A stretch of DNA of 64,000 nucleotides from an uncultured SAR116 cluster alpha proteobacterium (GTDB lineage: Bacteria > Pseudomonadota > Alphaproteobacteria > Puniceispirillales > Marisalimonadaceae), in contig CACMZO010000003.1 in the NCBI GenBank assembly GCA_902618195.1, positions 1,176 through 65,175 of the forward strand. The letters run 5' to 3'. The first letter of the stretch is position 1. Every line of letters starts with the position of its first letter. A model generated the notes under the pieces. The model searched no databases, was not told the origin of the DNA, and saw only the letters and a list, made by a program, of their open reading frames with translations. Below are positions 9,743-19,359 of the stretch, piece after piece. The position numbers were made by a program, and so were the translations under genes.

Positions 9743-10720
9743 TTATTTACTTAATTTATTTTTTGCTTCTTTATATTCAGCTTTTATTCTATCGATTAAT
9801 ACTTTTGCTGGAGCAACATTTTTAATTGAAGATATACCTTGCCCTGAACTCCAAATATCTTTCCAAGTTTTGGGCTTAGAGGCACCCCTACTAAAATTCA
9901 TATTTGATGCATCACTTGTTTCTAAATTAGCAGGGTCTAATCCTTGTGCTGTTATTGACGGTTTTAAATAATTTCCATGAACACCAGTAAAAAGATTTGT
10001 ATAAATAATATCTTCAGATGACGATTTAGTTATCATTTCTTTATATTTTATATCAGCATTTGCTTCTTCTGTAGCTATAAAAGCTGAACCTATATAGGCT
10101 AAGTCTGCACCCATCGCTTGAGCAGCCAGAACTGCTCCACCATTTGAGATAGATCCTGATAACAACAAAGGACCTTCAAACCATTCTCTAATTTCTTGAA
10201 TAAGAGCAAAGGGCGATAAAGTTCCAGCATGACCACCCGCACCAGCAGCAACAGCAACTAATCCGTCTGCTCCTTTATCGATAGCTTTTTTTGCAAAAAA
10301 ATTATTAATCACATCATGAAGCACAATTCCATTAACTTGATGAGCCACTTCATTCACTTCTGGCCGAGCACCTAGAGACGTTATCCAAATAGGAACATTC
10401 CATTTAGCACAAATATCAATATCTTTTTCTAGTCTTACATTAGATCTATGAACAATGTGGTTTACTGCAAATGGAGCAGCAGGGTTATCAGGATTTTTTT
10501 GATTATATTTATCTAACCCTTCTGTTATTTTTTTTAACCAAATTTCAAGCATATTTGGTTCACCCTCCTCTTCTCTAGCATTTAAAGCAGGAAAAGAACC
10601 AACAACACCATTTAAACATTGAGCTAGAACTAAATCAGGATTCGAAATAATAAATAAAGGTGAACCTACTATAGGTATCTTTAGTTGATTTAAGGGTTCA
10701 AGAAGTGACATCACAACCAA
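9743..10720 (-). CDS. Nitronate monooxygenase (2-nitropropane dioxygenase, NMO) family FMN enzyme
   Basis: 325 aa. 'GADGLVAVAAGAGGHAG' and 'GADLAYIGSAFIAT'. The track start is TTG at 10720; the first ATG is at 10711. Confidence 0.75.
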   Translation of the reverse strand: MVVMSLLEPLNQLKIPIVGSPLFIISNPDLVLAQCLNGVVGSFPALNAREEEGEPNMLEIWLKKITEGLDKYNQKNPDNPAAPFAVNHIVHRSNVRLEKDIDICAKWNVPIWITSLGARPEVNEVAHQVNGIVLHDVINNFFAKKAIDKGADGLVAVAAGAGGHAGTLSPFALIQEIREWFEGPLLLSGSISNGGAVLAAQAMGADLAYIGSAFIATEEANADIKYKEMITKSSSEDIIYTNLFTGVHGNYLKPSITAQGLDPANLETSDASNMNFSRGASKPKTWKDIWSSGQGISSIKNVAPAKVLIDRIKAEYKEAKNKLSK

Positions 10721-10824
10721 AATATTATCAACATTTAATCTAATGTCACTATAAAAAGTCTAAAGTTTTAAACTTGAAAAATTAAATATTAGTTTGCATA
10801 ATATTATTTATATAGAGGATTATT

Positions 10825-11625
10825 ATGGAACTATCAAAAGAACAAATAAAGCAATTTCATGAAGAAGGATATCTTTTTTTACCTGAAGTTTTTACACCTG
10901 AAGAAGCAAAGCTTTTAAAACAAGAATCAGAAAATGTTTATTCTATGAATAGAAAAGAAGTTTGGAGAGAGAAAACTGGTGTTGCTCGAACTGCTTTTGC
11001 AGCTCATACTTATAATGAAGGCTTTAAAAGACTAGGTGCACATCCAAGATTAGTTAATCCAGTTAAACAGATTTTAGAAGGTGATGTATACATGCATCAA
11101 TTTAAAGTCAATGCAAAAGCAGCATTTGATGGTGATGTCTGGCAATGGCATCAAGATTTTGGAACTTGGAACAGAGATGACCAAATGCCAGAGCCAAGAG
11201 CCATGAATATTTCTGTATTTGTAGATGATGTCACAGCAGCAAACGGTCCCCTACTATTTATACCAAAAAGTCATAAATTTGGAGTTGTTGAAGCTGGACA
11301 TGATTTAGAAACAACTAGCTACCCTTTGTGGACGTTAGATCGGGCAAAGGTGAAAGAACTTGCTGAAAATGGCGGATGTGTTGCACCTACAGGGCCGGCA
11401 GGAAGTATGTTACTTTTTTCATCATTACTTGTTCATGCTAGCCCACCAAACATATCACCTTTTGGAAGAACAATTGTCTATTTATCTTTATGTCATGTTG
11501 AAAATCATATTAGAGCGTTCAAAAGAGATGAATGGATAGCCCATAGAAATTTTGACCCTATTATTCCAATGGACGATAATTGTTTAACTGAACTCACTAT
11601 TAAAAATCAAACCGCAGCTGAATAA
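10825..11625 (+). CDS. Fe(II)/2-oxoglutarate dioxygenase, PhyH family, ectoine-hydroxylase (EctD)-like
   Basis: 'WQWHQDFGTWNRDDQMPEPRAMNISVFVDD' resembles the EctD signature WHSDFETWHxEDGMPxxRxxS. The H-x-D and distal His ('LLVHAS') are present. Confidence 0.65.
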   Translation: MELSKEQIKQFHEEGYLFLPEVFTPEEAKLLKQESENVYSMNRKEVWREKTGVARTAFAAHTYNEGFKRLGAHPRLVNPVKQILEGDVYMHQFKVNAKAAFDGDVWQWHQDFGTWNRDDQMPEPRAMNISVFVDDVTAANGPLLFIPKSHKFGVVEAGHDLETTSYPLWTLDRAKVKELAENGGCVAPTGPAGSMLLFSSLLVHASPPNISPFGRTIVYLSLCHVENHIRAFKRDEWIAHRNFDPIIPMDDNCLTELTIKNQTAAE

Positions 11626-11635
11626 CCCATAATTA

Positions 11636-12382
11636 GTGTTAGTCAAATCTAAAAACACTAGTAATTTTAGGGATTGTTCTATTGGTTCAATGAAAAAAAA
11701 TCAACTCTTTCGTTCTGCTAAATTGAGTAAAATAGAAGATGAAGATTTAGATATTTTAGAAAAAAATAAAATATTTAAAATTATTGATTTAAGAGATCCA
11801 GTTGAAATCGAAAAAGCACCAGATAATTTATCAAGTAATCTTTTAAAAAAATATATTAATTTGCCTATATCTGCCAATACTCTCTCGAGAATGGCAGATG
11901 CATATCACAATTGTAATTACCAAGAAAACGAAACAATTTACGAAAATGTAATGAAAAAAAGTTATGAATTTTATCTTAAAAATCATTCTAAAGTATGGAA
12001 AAAATTTTTCACACTTCTTTTAGAGTCAAATGGAAAACCAGTAATTTATCATTGTTCAGCTGGCAAAGATAGAACAGGAATAGCCAGTTATTTAATACAA
12101 AGTTTATGTTCTCAAAAAGAGGAATTAATATTTGATAATTATTTGTTATCTAATAAATTATTAAATCAAAGAGACGCCACAGCTGAACAAAAATATACCT
12201 TAAAGAGAAATAAAAAAATGACGGATTTAATGCTTAAGGTAATAGGGCAAGTTAAATTAGATTATTTAAAAAATTCAATTACTTTTATTAAAAAAGAATA
12301 TGGATCTGTTGAAAATTATTTTCTAAAAAAACTTGATTTTAGTGAAAAAGATTTAAAAAATTTTAAGCATATATATAGTTAA
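11636..12382 (+). CDS. Protein-tyrosine-phosphatase-like protein (Y_phosphatase3 family)
   Basis: 'NFRD' N-terminal motif, 'IIDLRDPVE', and the CX5R P-loop 'HCSAGKDRTG'. The GTG start at 11636 precedes the NFRD motif. Confidence 0.75.
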   Translation: MLVKSKNTSNFRDCSIGSMKKNQLFRSAKLSKIEDEDLDILEKNKIFKIIDLRDPVEIEKAPDNLSSNLLKKYINLPISANTLSRMADAYHNCNYQENETIYENVMKKSYEFYLKNHSKVWKKFFTLLLESNGKPVIYHCSAGKDRTGIASYLIQSLCSQKEELIFDNYLLSNKLLNQRDATAEQKYTLKRNKKMTDLMLKVIGQVKLDYLKNSITFIKKEYGSVENYFLKKLDFSEKDLKNFKHIYS

Positions 12383-12385
12383 AAA

Positions 12386-13693
12386 ATGTTCCTCGAAAAA
12401 AAAATTAATGAATTAATTGATAATAAAAAAACTATCAATGTAACATTAATTGGTGCAGGAAAATTTGGTTCAATGTTTTTAAGCCAAGCTCCTTATACTA
12501 AAGGTTTAAATGTTTTTACAATATGTGACCTAAACATTGATAAAGCTAAAAAAGCTTGTCGTGAGGTTGGCTGGAGCAAAGATCAAATTAACAATATTAT
12601 ATTTACTGAAGATTTTGAAAAAGCAATTAATGATGATGAAGTAGATGTTGTTGTTGAGGCAACTGGCCATCCTTCATCAGGAATTAAACATGCTAGAACA
12701 TGTTTTAAATATGGCAAGCATGTAATAATGGTAAACGTTGAAGCTGACGTATTAGCTGGACCAAGTTTATCTGCAGAAGCTAACTCTGCAGAAGTAGTGT
12801 TTTCAATGGCATATGGTGATCAACCATCATTAACTTTAGAAATTATTGAATGGGCAAGAGCTTCTGGTTTCAAAGTAACCGCAGCTGGAAAAGGTACAAA
12901 ATATATGCCTGAATATCATTATTCTACTCCAAAAACAGTTTGGGATCATTACGGTCTTACATTAGATGAAGCTGAAAAAGCTGGAATGAATTCAAAAATG
13001 TTTAATTCTTTTCTTGATGGAACGAAATCTTCATTAGAGATGTCTGCAATTGCAAATGCATCTGGACTTAATGTACCAAATAATGGTTTACTTTTTCCTC
13101 CTTGCGGTATGGATGATCTGGCAAGTCTTTTAAAAGAAAAAAACAAAGGTGGTATCTTAGAAAAAAATCAACAAGTTGAAGTTGTTTCATCTTTAGAACG
13201 AGATGGTAGACCTGTATTTAAAGACCTGAGGTGGGGTGTTTACGCTGTTTTACAAGCACCTAATGATTATGCGGCTTCATGCTTTAAACAATATGGAATG
13301 AATACTGATCAATCTGGTGAATTTTCAGCTATGTATAAACCTTTTCACTTAATAGGAATGGAATTAAATACTTCAATTTTTTCAGCTGCATTATTGAAAC
13401 TTCCAACAGGACAAACAAAATATTTCAAAGGCGATGTTGTATCGGTATCAAAAAGAAATCTGAAAAAGGGTGAAAAGCTAGATGGTGAAGGTGGTTTTAC
13501 GGTATGGGGAAAATTAATACCTGCAAGTACATCTCTAAACTTACAAGCTTTACCAATAGGGCTTGCAAACGATATGTATTTAAAAAATGATATAGATAAG
13601 GATAAGATTTTAACATGGAATGATGTTGAATTTGATACAAATAATGAAATTATAAGATACAGACATCAAATGGAAAATAAATTTAGAAATTAA
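12386..13693 (+). CDS. NAD(P)-binding oxidoreductase with a C-terminal SAF domain (COG4091, 'predicted homoserine dehydrogenase'-like)
   Basis: 435 aa. Rossmann 'VTLIGAGKFGSMF', 'VVVEATGHP', and a C-terminal 'KRNLKKGEKLDGEGG' SAF-like segment. Confidence 0.55.
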   Translation: MFLEKKINELIDNKKTINVTLIGAGKFGSMFLSQAPYTKGLNVFTICDLNIDKAKKACREVGWSKDQINNIIFTEDFEKAINDDEVDVVVEATGHPSSGIKHARTCFKYGKHVIMVNVEADVLAGPSLSAEANSAEVVFSMAYGDQPSLTLEIIEWARASGFKVTAAGKGTKYMPEYHYSTPKTVWDHYGLTLDEAEKAGMNSKMFNSFLDGTKSSLEMSAIANASGLNVPNNGLLFPPCGMDDLASLLKEKNKGGILEKNQQVEVVSSLERDGRPVFKDLRWGVYAVLQAPNDYAASCFKQYGMNTDQSGEFSAMYKPFHLIGMELNTSIFSAALLKLPTGQTKYFKGDVVSVSKRNLKKGEKLDGEGGFTVWGKLIPASTSLNLQALPIGLANDMYLKNDIDKDKILTWNDVEFDTNNEIIRYRHQMENKFRN

Positions 13694-14495
13694 TTTTTTT
13701 TATAGGTCCTTTATCTAACCTCCAAACAAAATCAAATTGATTATACCTTGGAAAATATTTTGTAATTAATGGGTCATGTCCTGGAATAATTAATTCTTGG
13801 GATGAGGCTAATGTTTTAATTATTTTAAAACCATTTAACATTTCTTCTAGATCTACAACTATTGGGAATGGTTTATTCTTAATAAAATTTTCATAAAAAT
13901 GAGTAGCATCTGATGCTAAACATAAATAACCATTTTCAGTTTTAACTTTTACTGCCTGGAGACCTCTAGAATGTCCTCCAATCATATGAGTTGAAATACC
14001 AGGTAAAATTTGACCTGTGCCATTATAAAAAATTACTCTTCCCGAAAAAACATTTTCAACCATTTGAGAAATGTGTTTTCCAGTAAATGGCATCTTAATT
14101 GTTTCATGACACATGCAAGGACCTGTTGCATAAGACATTTCCATTTCTTGTAAATGAAATTTAGCATTTGGAAATTCATTTAATCCTCCTGCATGGTCAT
14201 AATGAAGATGAGTAATTATAACATCTGAAATTTTTTCTGGATTAATACCAAAATCTCTAATTGCTTTTGAAGGAGATCTAATAATTGGTCTATTTCTTCT
14301 ATTTGCTTCTTCTTGATCGTAACCAGTATCAACTAAAACAATTTGATCATTATTTTTTAGAACCCAAATAAAATAATCTATTGAGTGCTGTTCATGTGCA
14401 TGATCATCAAAAATAAAACTATCATTTCTTGTTCTATCATTTCTCTCAGCATATTTAATTGCATAAACTTCCCATTTTTTTTTAAGCGAATCCAT
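13683..14495 (-). CDS. MBL-fold metallo-hydrolase (N-acyl-homoserine-lactonase-like)
   Basis: 'ITHLHYDHAGG' (HxHxDH motif), 'GGHSRG' and 'PGHDP'. Confidence 0.75.
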   Translation of the reverse strand: MDSLKKKWEVYAIKYAERNDRTRNDSFIFDDHAHEQHSIDYFIWVLKNNDQIVLVDTGYDQEEANRRNRPIIRSPSKAIRDFGINPEKISDVIITHLHYDHAGGLNEFPNAKFHLQEMEMSYATGPCMCHETIKMPFTGKHISQMVENVFSGRVIFYNGTGQILPGISTHMIGGHSRGLQAVKVKTENGYLCLASDATHFYENFIKNKPFPIVVDLEEMLNGFKIIKTLASSQELIIPGHDPLITKYFPRYNQFDFVWRLDKGPIKKINF

Positions 14496-14497
14496 AT

Positions 14498-15460
14498 TTA
14501 ACTCTCAACATCTTCTAATCTATCTGTTGCTGGTGGTGGTGTTCTAGTAATTTTATTAATAGATTCATAAATTTCTTTTGTAATACTAATCTTCATTGAA
14601 TCTAAAGAAGGTATTAACTGCTTTAAATTTCTAGCAGAGATTATTGGTGACAAAATATCTTGATTATATATTACCCAAGCTACCGCTAAAGAAATTGGAT
14701 TATAATTTAATTCTTTAGATAATTTTATAAAATCTTTTACAACTTTATTCATCCAATTCTGGCCATACCTTTTTTGATATTTTTGATTATGATCTAATCT
14801 TCCAATTTCATTTTTGTGTATCTCTCTAAAATCTTGATCATATTTACCTGTTAACAATCCACCACCAAGCGGACTATAACTAATTACATTTAAATTTTCA
14901 GAATGTGCCATAGGCAAAATTTCAACTTCAACTTGTCTCTTAACAAGATTATACATAGGTTGTAAAAACTCAATTAAAGGAAAATGGTTAATTTTTGAAA
15001 TAGATTGTGCTTTCATTATCTGCCATGCAGCAAAATTTGAAACGCCCAAATGAAAAAATTTTTTTTCATCTTTTAATTTTTTTAATGCGTTTAAACTTTC
15101 TTCTAAAGGAGTATTGTCATCCCAGTGATGTATAAAAAAAATATCAACATAATCTTGATCCAGTCTTTTTAAACTTTCTTCTAGTTGATTTCTTAAATTT
15201 TCGGGATCTGCACCACCTTGAGAACCAGCTTTTGTTACTATTAATAACTTCTCTCTCTCTTCTTTGATTAATTTTCCTAAAATTTTTTCAGATAATCCTT
15301 TTGTATATACATAAGCTGTATCAAAAAAATTCACTTCATTTTCTCTACATTTTAGGTACATTTCTTCCGAATCTTTTGCAGAAGCCCCATCACCAAACTG
15401 CATAGTACCAAAACATAATTTAGATGGAGTTAAATTATTTGGCCCAAAAGTTTTTATCAT
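14498..15460 (-). CDS. Aldo/keto reductase
   Basis: 320 aa. 'FFDTAYVYTKGLSEKILGK', 'HHWD', 'LGVSNF' and 'ISYSPLGGGLLTGKY'. Confidence 0.85.
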   Translation of the reverse strand: MIKTFGPNNLTPSKLCFGTMQFGDGASAKDSEEMYLKCRENEVNFFDTAYVYTKGLSEKILGKLIKEEREKLLIVTKAGSQGGADPENLRNQLEESLKRLDQDYVDIFFIHHWDDNTPLEESLNALKKLKDEKKFFHLGVSNFAAWQIMKAQSISKINHFPLIEFLQPMYNLVKRQVEVEILPMAHSENLNVISYSPLGGGLLTGKYDQDFREIHKNEIGRLDHNQKYQKRYGQNWMNKVVKDFIKLSKELNYNPISLAVAWVIYNQDILSPIISARNLKQLIPSLDSMKISITKEIYESINKITRTPPPATDRLEDVES

Positions 15461-15463
15461 ATG

Positions 15464-16240
15464 TTATTTATCCTCTCTATTAATTTCTTTCATCCATGAA
15501 AGGCCTTCATCAGTATTTGTTAAAGGATTATATTCGGCTCCAACATAACCTTGATACCCAAATTTATAAATTTCTGATAAAATATTACTATAATTTAACT
15601 CTCCAAAAATTGGTTCATTTCTTTCTGGGACTGATGCCATTTGAACATGGCCTATAAAATTGAAGTTATTTTTAAATCTAGTTAAAACATTTCCTTGGCT
15701 TATTTGAACATGATAAAAATCAAACATTATTTTTACATTGTTATTACCAACTAACTGACAAATCTCTTTTGCCTGTTCAACATTTGTTAAAAAATATCCA
15801 GGAAAATCTTTCTGGTTTTTAGGTTCAATTACTAATCCTATATTTGTGTCGTTTAGTTGAGATACAGCATATTGTAAATTTTCAACAAGTGTTTTTAAAG
15901 AGTTATGATTTTGTTCAGTAATGCCACACATAAAGTGGATATTTTTAGAACCTATTACCTTAGCATATTCGATTGCCTGATCTATCGCTACTCTTGCCTC
16001 TTGTACTTTAGAGGGAATAGCATTTAAACCGTTATCACCCTTACTTACATCACCTTTTATAGTATTAATTCCTATAATTGGAAGATTAATTTTATCAATA
16101 GCTTTTTTTAATTTATTTGCGTCAACTTCATATGGAAATTGAAATTCAATTGCATCAAAATTTTTTTCTTTAGCCTTATAAACTCTATCTAAAAGAGGTA
16201 ATTCAGACCATAAAAGACCAAGATTAGCAGAAAGTTTCAT
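15464..16240 (-). CDS. Hydroxypyruvate isomerase family protein (Hyi / 2-oxo-tetronate isomerase OtnI-like TIM barrel)
   Basis: 258 aa, collinear with E. coli Hyi: 'MKLSANLGLLW...', 'VIEPKN', 'FDFYHVQ', 'GHVQMASVPERNEP', 'GELNY', 'GAEYNP'. Confidence 0.8.
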   Translation of the reverse strand: MKLSANLGLLWSELPLLDRVYKAKEKNFDAIEFQFPYEVDANKLKKAIDKINLPIIGINTIKGDVSKGDNGLNAIPSKVQEARVAIDQAIEYAKVIGSKNIHFMCGITEQNHNSLKTLVENLQYAVSQLNDTNIGLVIEPKNQKDFPGYFLTNVEQAKEICQLVGNNNVKIMFDFYHVQISQGNVLTRFKNNFNFIGHVQMASVPERNEPIFGELNYSNILSEIYKFGYQGYVGAEYNPLTNTDEGLSWMKEINREDK

Positions 16241-16902
16241 TATTCATCCCAATTAACATTAAATTTATTTATAATTTCTTTTATTTGATTTTCGTTTAAC
16301 AAATTTGGTTTGAAACCTCTTGTGATCAACGAAAGTTTAGCAGTATTTTCAAGCTCTTCAATGGCATTAGTAGCACTTTCAAGACTCTTTCCAGAAACTA
16401 CTGGCCCATGATTTGCGAGTAAAACTGCTGATCTTTTTGAAGCGACTCCTCTTATAGCATCGCCTAACTTAGGATCACCAGGCAAATAAAAAGGCAAAAG
16501 TTTAACTTTACCTAATAGCATAATCGAATAAGGTGTGAGTGGCTGAAAAATATTATCAACATCTAAATTTGGTAACATGGAATAAGCAACTGAATAAGTT
16601 GAATGCAAATGAACTACAGCTCCAACTCTATTAGAATTTTTTTCATAAAAGGCTTTATGTAAAAACAGTTCTTTAGTTGGCTTCATTGTACCAATAACTT
16701 CATTTTTAGAAGTTATTTTACATACATGATCTGGTTGCAATCTTCCCAAAGAACAACCAGTAGGAGTGATTAAAAGATCTCCATCTTCAGTAATAGCTGA
16801 AATATTGCCAGTTGATCCATGAGTTAATCCCCTATCAAATAAAGATTTACCAATGATACAAATTTGATCTCTTAAAAAATTTTCGGAAAAATTATTTGAC
16901 AC
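16240..16902 (-). CDS. Class II aldolase/adducin family protein (OtnC / fuculose-phosphate-aldolase-like)
   Basis: 'GSTGNISA', 'AVVHLHSTY' and 'LLANHGPVVSG'. I place the start at GTG 16902, overlapping by 1 nt the TAG of the upstream gene. The track start at 16962 would overlap that gene by 61 nt. Confidence 0.75.
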   Translation of the reverse strand: MSNNFSENFLRDQICIIGKSLFDRGLTHGSTGNISAITEDGDLLITPTGCSLGRLQPDHVCKITSKNEVIGTMKPTKELFLHKAFYEKNSNRVGAVVHLHSTYSVAYSMLPNLDVDNIFQPLTPYSIMLLGKVKLLPFYLPGDPKLGDAIRGVASKRSAVLLANHGPVVSGKSLESATNAIEELENTAKLSLITRGFKPNLLNENQIKEIINKFNVNWDE

Positions 16903-17378
16903 TAATACTCCATTAACGAAAAGCCAATTGCTAAAAACAAACCTACAACAACATGACTGCATGTTGATAATACTTTAGTTAATTTGGGGTTTGGTGTTTT
17001 ATTTCCCATTAATCCTTTTCCAGTTGCAGGTAAAAAAAAGAACCAGGGTACTACAACAGATATTAGTCCAAAAAGAAATCCTGATAGAAGTGACGTATTA
17101 AAAAAATCAAAAAAAGTTAAGCAAATCCAGTATGCAAATCCATATCCAATACCAACTATATAATGAAATATCCATCCAATAGGAAGTTCATACTTTATAG
17201 GTTTTTCATTTTCTAAATTAATATTAAATATAATTCCTTTATTTATTAACATTAGCAGCCATCTTCCAGTAGGAGCCCAATTAGTAGGAGGTATTTTATA
17301 CAAAACAAATAGAAGTCTTTGCCACAAATCCATAGCAATACAACATAATATTCCAGCAAAAATAATGTCTACAACCAC
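16902..17378 (-). CDS. Small integral membrane protein (about 4-5 TM; possibly DUF2938-like)
   Basis: 158 aa and strongly hydrophobic. First gene of the minus-strand operon. The family assignment comes from memory only. Confidence 0.45.
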   Translation of the reverse strand: MVVDIIFAGILCCIAMDLWQRLLFVLYKIPPTNWAPTGRWLLMLINKGIIFNINLENEKPIKYELPIGWIFHYIVGIGYGFAYWICLTFFDFFNTSLLSGFLFGLISVVVPWFFFLPATGKGLMGNKTPNPKLTKVLSTCSHVVVGLFLAIGFSLMEY

Positions 17379-17477
17379 AATTTTACCTCGAAATTTTTAA
17401 TCTTTCGTTATTGACTATTATTAGTTAACAATAATAATAGGTTAAATTCTATAAGATTATAAAATATTGAGGATAAA

Positions 17478-18212
17478 ATGAGTGAATTCGATGGACAGGT
17501 TGCAGTCATTACTGGTGCAGCCCAAGGTATAGGTTATGCAACTGCAGAAAAACTTAAACAAGATGGTGCCAAAATCGTTATTTGGGATATGGATAAAAAC
17601 TTAGGAGAAACTGCAGCTCAAAAGTTAAATTGTGATTTTCTTCAAATGGATATGACAGACGATAAAATTGTAGAACAATGTACATCTGAAACATTAGGTT
17701 TACATGGTAAAATTGATATACTTGTCTGTAGTGCAGGTATTGCAGGCCCCACCATGCCAACATGGGATTATCCAGTTAATGAGTGGTTAAAAGTAATGAA
17801 TGTGAACGTTAATGGTGTATATTATTGCAACAGACATGTAATTAAAACAATGCGTGAAAAAGGATATGGTAGAATTGTAAACATAGCTTCAATTGCTGGA
17901 AAAGAAGGTAATCCAAATGCAGCAGCATATTCTGCGTCAAAAGCGGCTGTAATTGCATTAACAAAGTCTCTTGGAAAAGAAACTGCTGATCAAGATATAG
18001 CTGTAAATTGTATTACTCCTGCGGCTGCAAAAACAAGAATTTTTGATCAAATTAGTCAAGAACATATAGATTACATGTTGTCTAAAATACCTAGAAATAG
18101 ATTTGTTAAGGTAGAAGAAATTGCATCTTTGATAAAGTTTCTAGTAAGTAAAGAAAATAGTTTTACTACAGCTGGTGTATTTGATATTTCTGGCGGAAGG
18201 GCTACTTATTAG
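17478..18212 (+). CDS. SDR family oxidoreductase
   Basis: 'VAVITGAAQGIG', 'NIASIAG' and 'YSASKAAV' (YxxxK). Confidence 0.85.
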   Translation: MSEFDGQVAVITGAAQGIGYATAEKLKQDGAKIVIWDMDKNLGETAAQKLNCDFLQMDMTDDKIVEQCTSETLGLHGKIDILVCSAGIAGPTMPTWDYPVNEWLKVMNVNVNGVYYCNRHVIKTMREKGYGRIVNIASIAGKEGNPNAAAYSASKAAVIALTKSLGKETADQDIAVNCITPAAAKTRIFDQISQEHIDYMLSKIPRNRFVKVEEIASLIKFLVSKENSFTTAGVFDISGGRATY

Positions 18213-18222
18213 ATATTTTAAA

Positions 18223-18822
18223 TTATTCTTTATTTTTTTCATTCAATTGCTTTTGAAGTGTAGCAATTTGTTCTTTCATTAAATCGATATCAGATTTGTA
18301 ATTTTCTTGTTTAGGCTCTTCTTCTGGTGCTTTTTCTGATTTTTTTGTTTCACTTGAGTTTTCAGTATTAGAATTATCATACCATGGATACATAATATTT
18401 GACATCATTTGAGATTGAAAATCTTGCCAATTTTTCAAGGTTTCAGTGCTTTTTTCATTATTAGAATTAACATCAAAATTAGAATTAAAGCTCTTTAAAA
18501 ACTTTTCTTGATTTTCTTTCATAAAATTAAACGTTTGTGACAAAATCTCAGGCATGAAACTTTTAGATGCATCACTATAGCTCTTAATTATTTCTGTTAA
18601 AATATCTTTAGGAATTGATGCGCCTTTTTTAATTTCGTAATCTGATATTATTTGAAGAAGATATTGATTTGTGACATCTTCATTTGTTTCTTTGTCGATA
18701 ATCTGGACTTCTTTACTATCTCTAATGAACTCAGCTATTTGATCAAGTGTTACATATTCACTTGTTTGAGTATTATAAAGTCTTCTACTTGAATATTTTG
18801 TTATTATTATTTTATCAGTCAT
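18223..18822 (-). CDS. phaR: Polyhydroxyalkanoate synthesis repressor PhaR
   Basis: N-terminal 'IITKYSSRRLYNTQTSEYVTLDQIAEFI' matches the PhaR (PHB_acc_N) signature IKKYxNRRLYxT. It lies next to phaP and phaC. Confidence 0.85.
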   Translation of the reverse strand: MTDKIIITKYSSRRLYNTQTSEYVTLDQIAEFIRDSKEVQIIDKETNEDVTNQYLLQIISDYEIKKGASIPKDILTEIIKSYSDASKSFMPEILSQTFNFMKENQEKFLKSFNSNFDVNSNNEKSTETLKNWQDFQSQMMSNIMYPWYDNSNTENSSETKKSEKAPEEEPKQENYKSDIDLMKEQIATLQKQLNEKNKE

Positions 18823-18862
18823 TAATTTAGATTAAATAATAAATAATTAATCTTCAACTGAT

Positions 18863-18890
18863 AAAAAGGCGGTAAATTAACCGCCTTTTT
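18863..18890 (-). terminator. Rho-independent (bidirectional-type) terminator downstream of phaP
   Basis: Perfect 11-bp stem, aaaaaggcggt / accgccttttt, with the 6-nt loop aaatta. The flanking A and T runs give a U-tract in either orientation. It is one of the few GC-rich hairpins in the window. Confidence 0.8.
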
Positions 18891-18903
18891 ACTTTATAAT
18901 AAC

Positions 18904-19341
18904 TTATTCAGAGACTTCTGTTTCAGCAGTAGGGTTTTGTTTAGGTGTAGTTGCTTTTTTTGAAGCCTTGTTCATTTCATCCTTAGCTTCTTTTCCAGCT
19001 TGCATAAATAATTCAATTGTATCTAATTGAGTCTTTTTTGCTATTTCAGCAAATTCAGACATAAATTTTGGTGAAGTTTGAGCTTGTTCACTCACAAAAT
19101 CAGTAGCTACTTTTACGTAATCTTCTGGTTTTGATTGCGGCTTAACAAGTTTATCCATACCAACAATTGTTTCTTTAGTCCAAGCTTGTGATACTTCAAC
19201 ATTTTTTTTGAACGTATCAAACGCTATCTTTGAAAACTTAGAATTATATTCATTAGCACTCTTGTAAAAATCTTCTAGGTTAATTGGACTTTTAGAAAAC
19301 ATTTCTTCAAAGTTCTTTTTATAATCATCAAAACTAAACAT
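18904..19341 (-). CDS. phaP: Phasin (PHA granule-associated protein)
   Basis: Small, helical, Ala/Lys/Glu-rich protein ('FDTFKKNVEVSQAWTKE', 'AQTSPKFMSEFAEIAKK') located between phaR and phaC. I use ATG 19341, which has GGAG 8 nt upstream, rather than the track start at 19416. Confidence 0.7.
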   Translation of the reverse strand: MFSFDDYKKNFEEMFSKSPINLEDFYKSANEYNSKFSKIAFDTFKKNVEVSQAWTKETIVGMDKLVKPQSKPEDYVKVATDFVSEQAQTSPKFMSEFAEIAKKTQLDTIELFMQAGKEAKDEMNKASKKATTPKQNPTAETEVSE

Positions 19342-19359
19342 ATGCACACTCCTTTTTTT

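Noticed and set aside
16903-16962. N-terminal extension of the class II aldolase (track start 16962, 'MQSCCCRFVFSNW...')
   Set aside because: It would overlap the upstream membrane-protein gene by 61 nt, and the extra residues are Cys/Phe-rich and not aldolase-like. The GTG at 16902, immediately at the upstream stop, is more plausible.
17415-17440. AT-rich quasi-palindrome ctattattaGTTAACaataataatag in the divergent promoter region between the membrane-protein operon and the SDR gene
   Set aside because: The arms are out of register by 1 nt around the GTTAAC core. Palindromes like this are expected by chance in roughly 80% AT spacers. There is not enough evidence for an operator.
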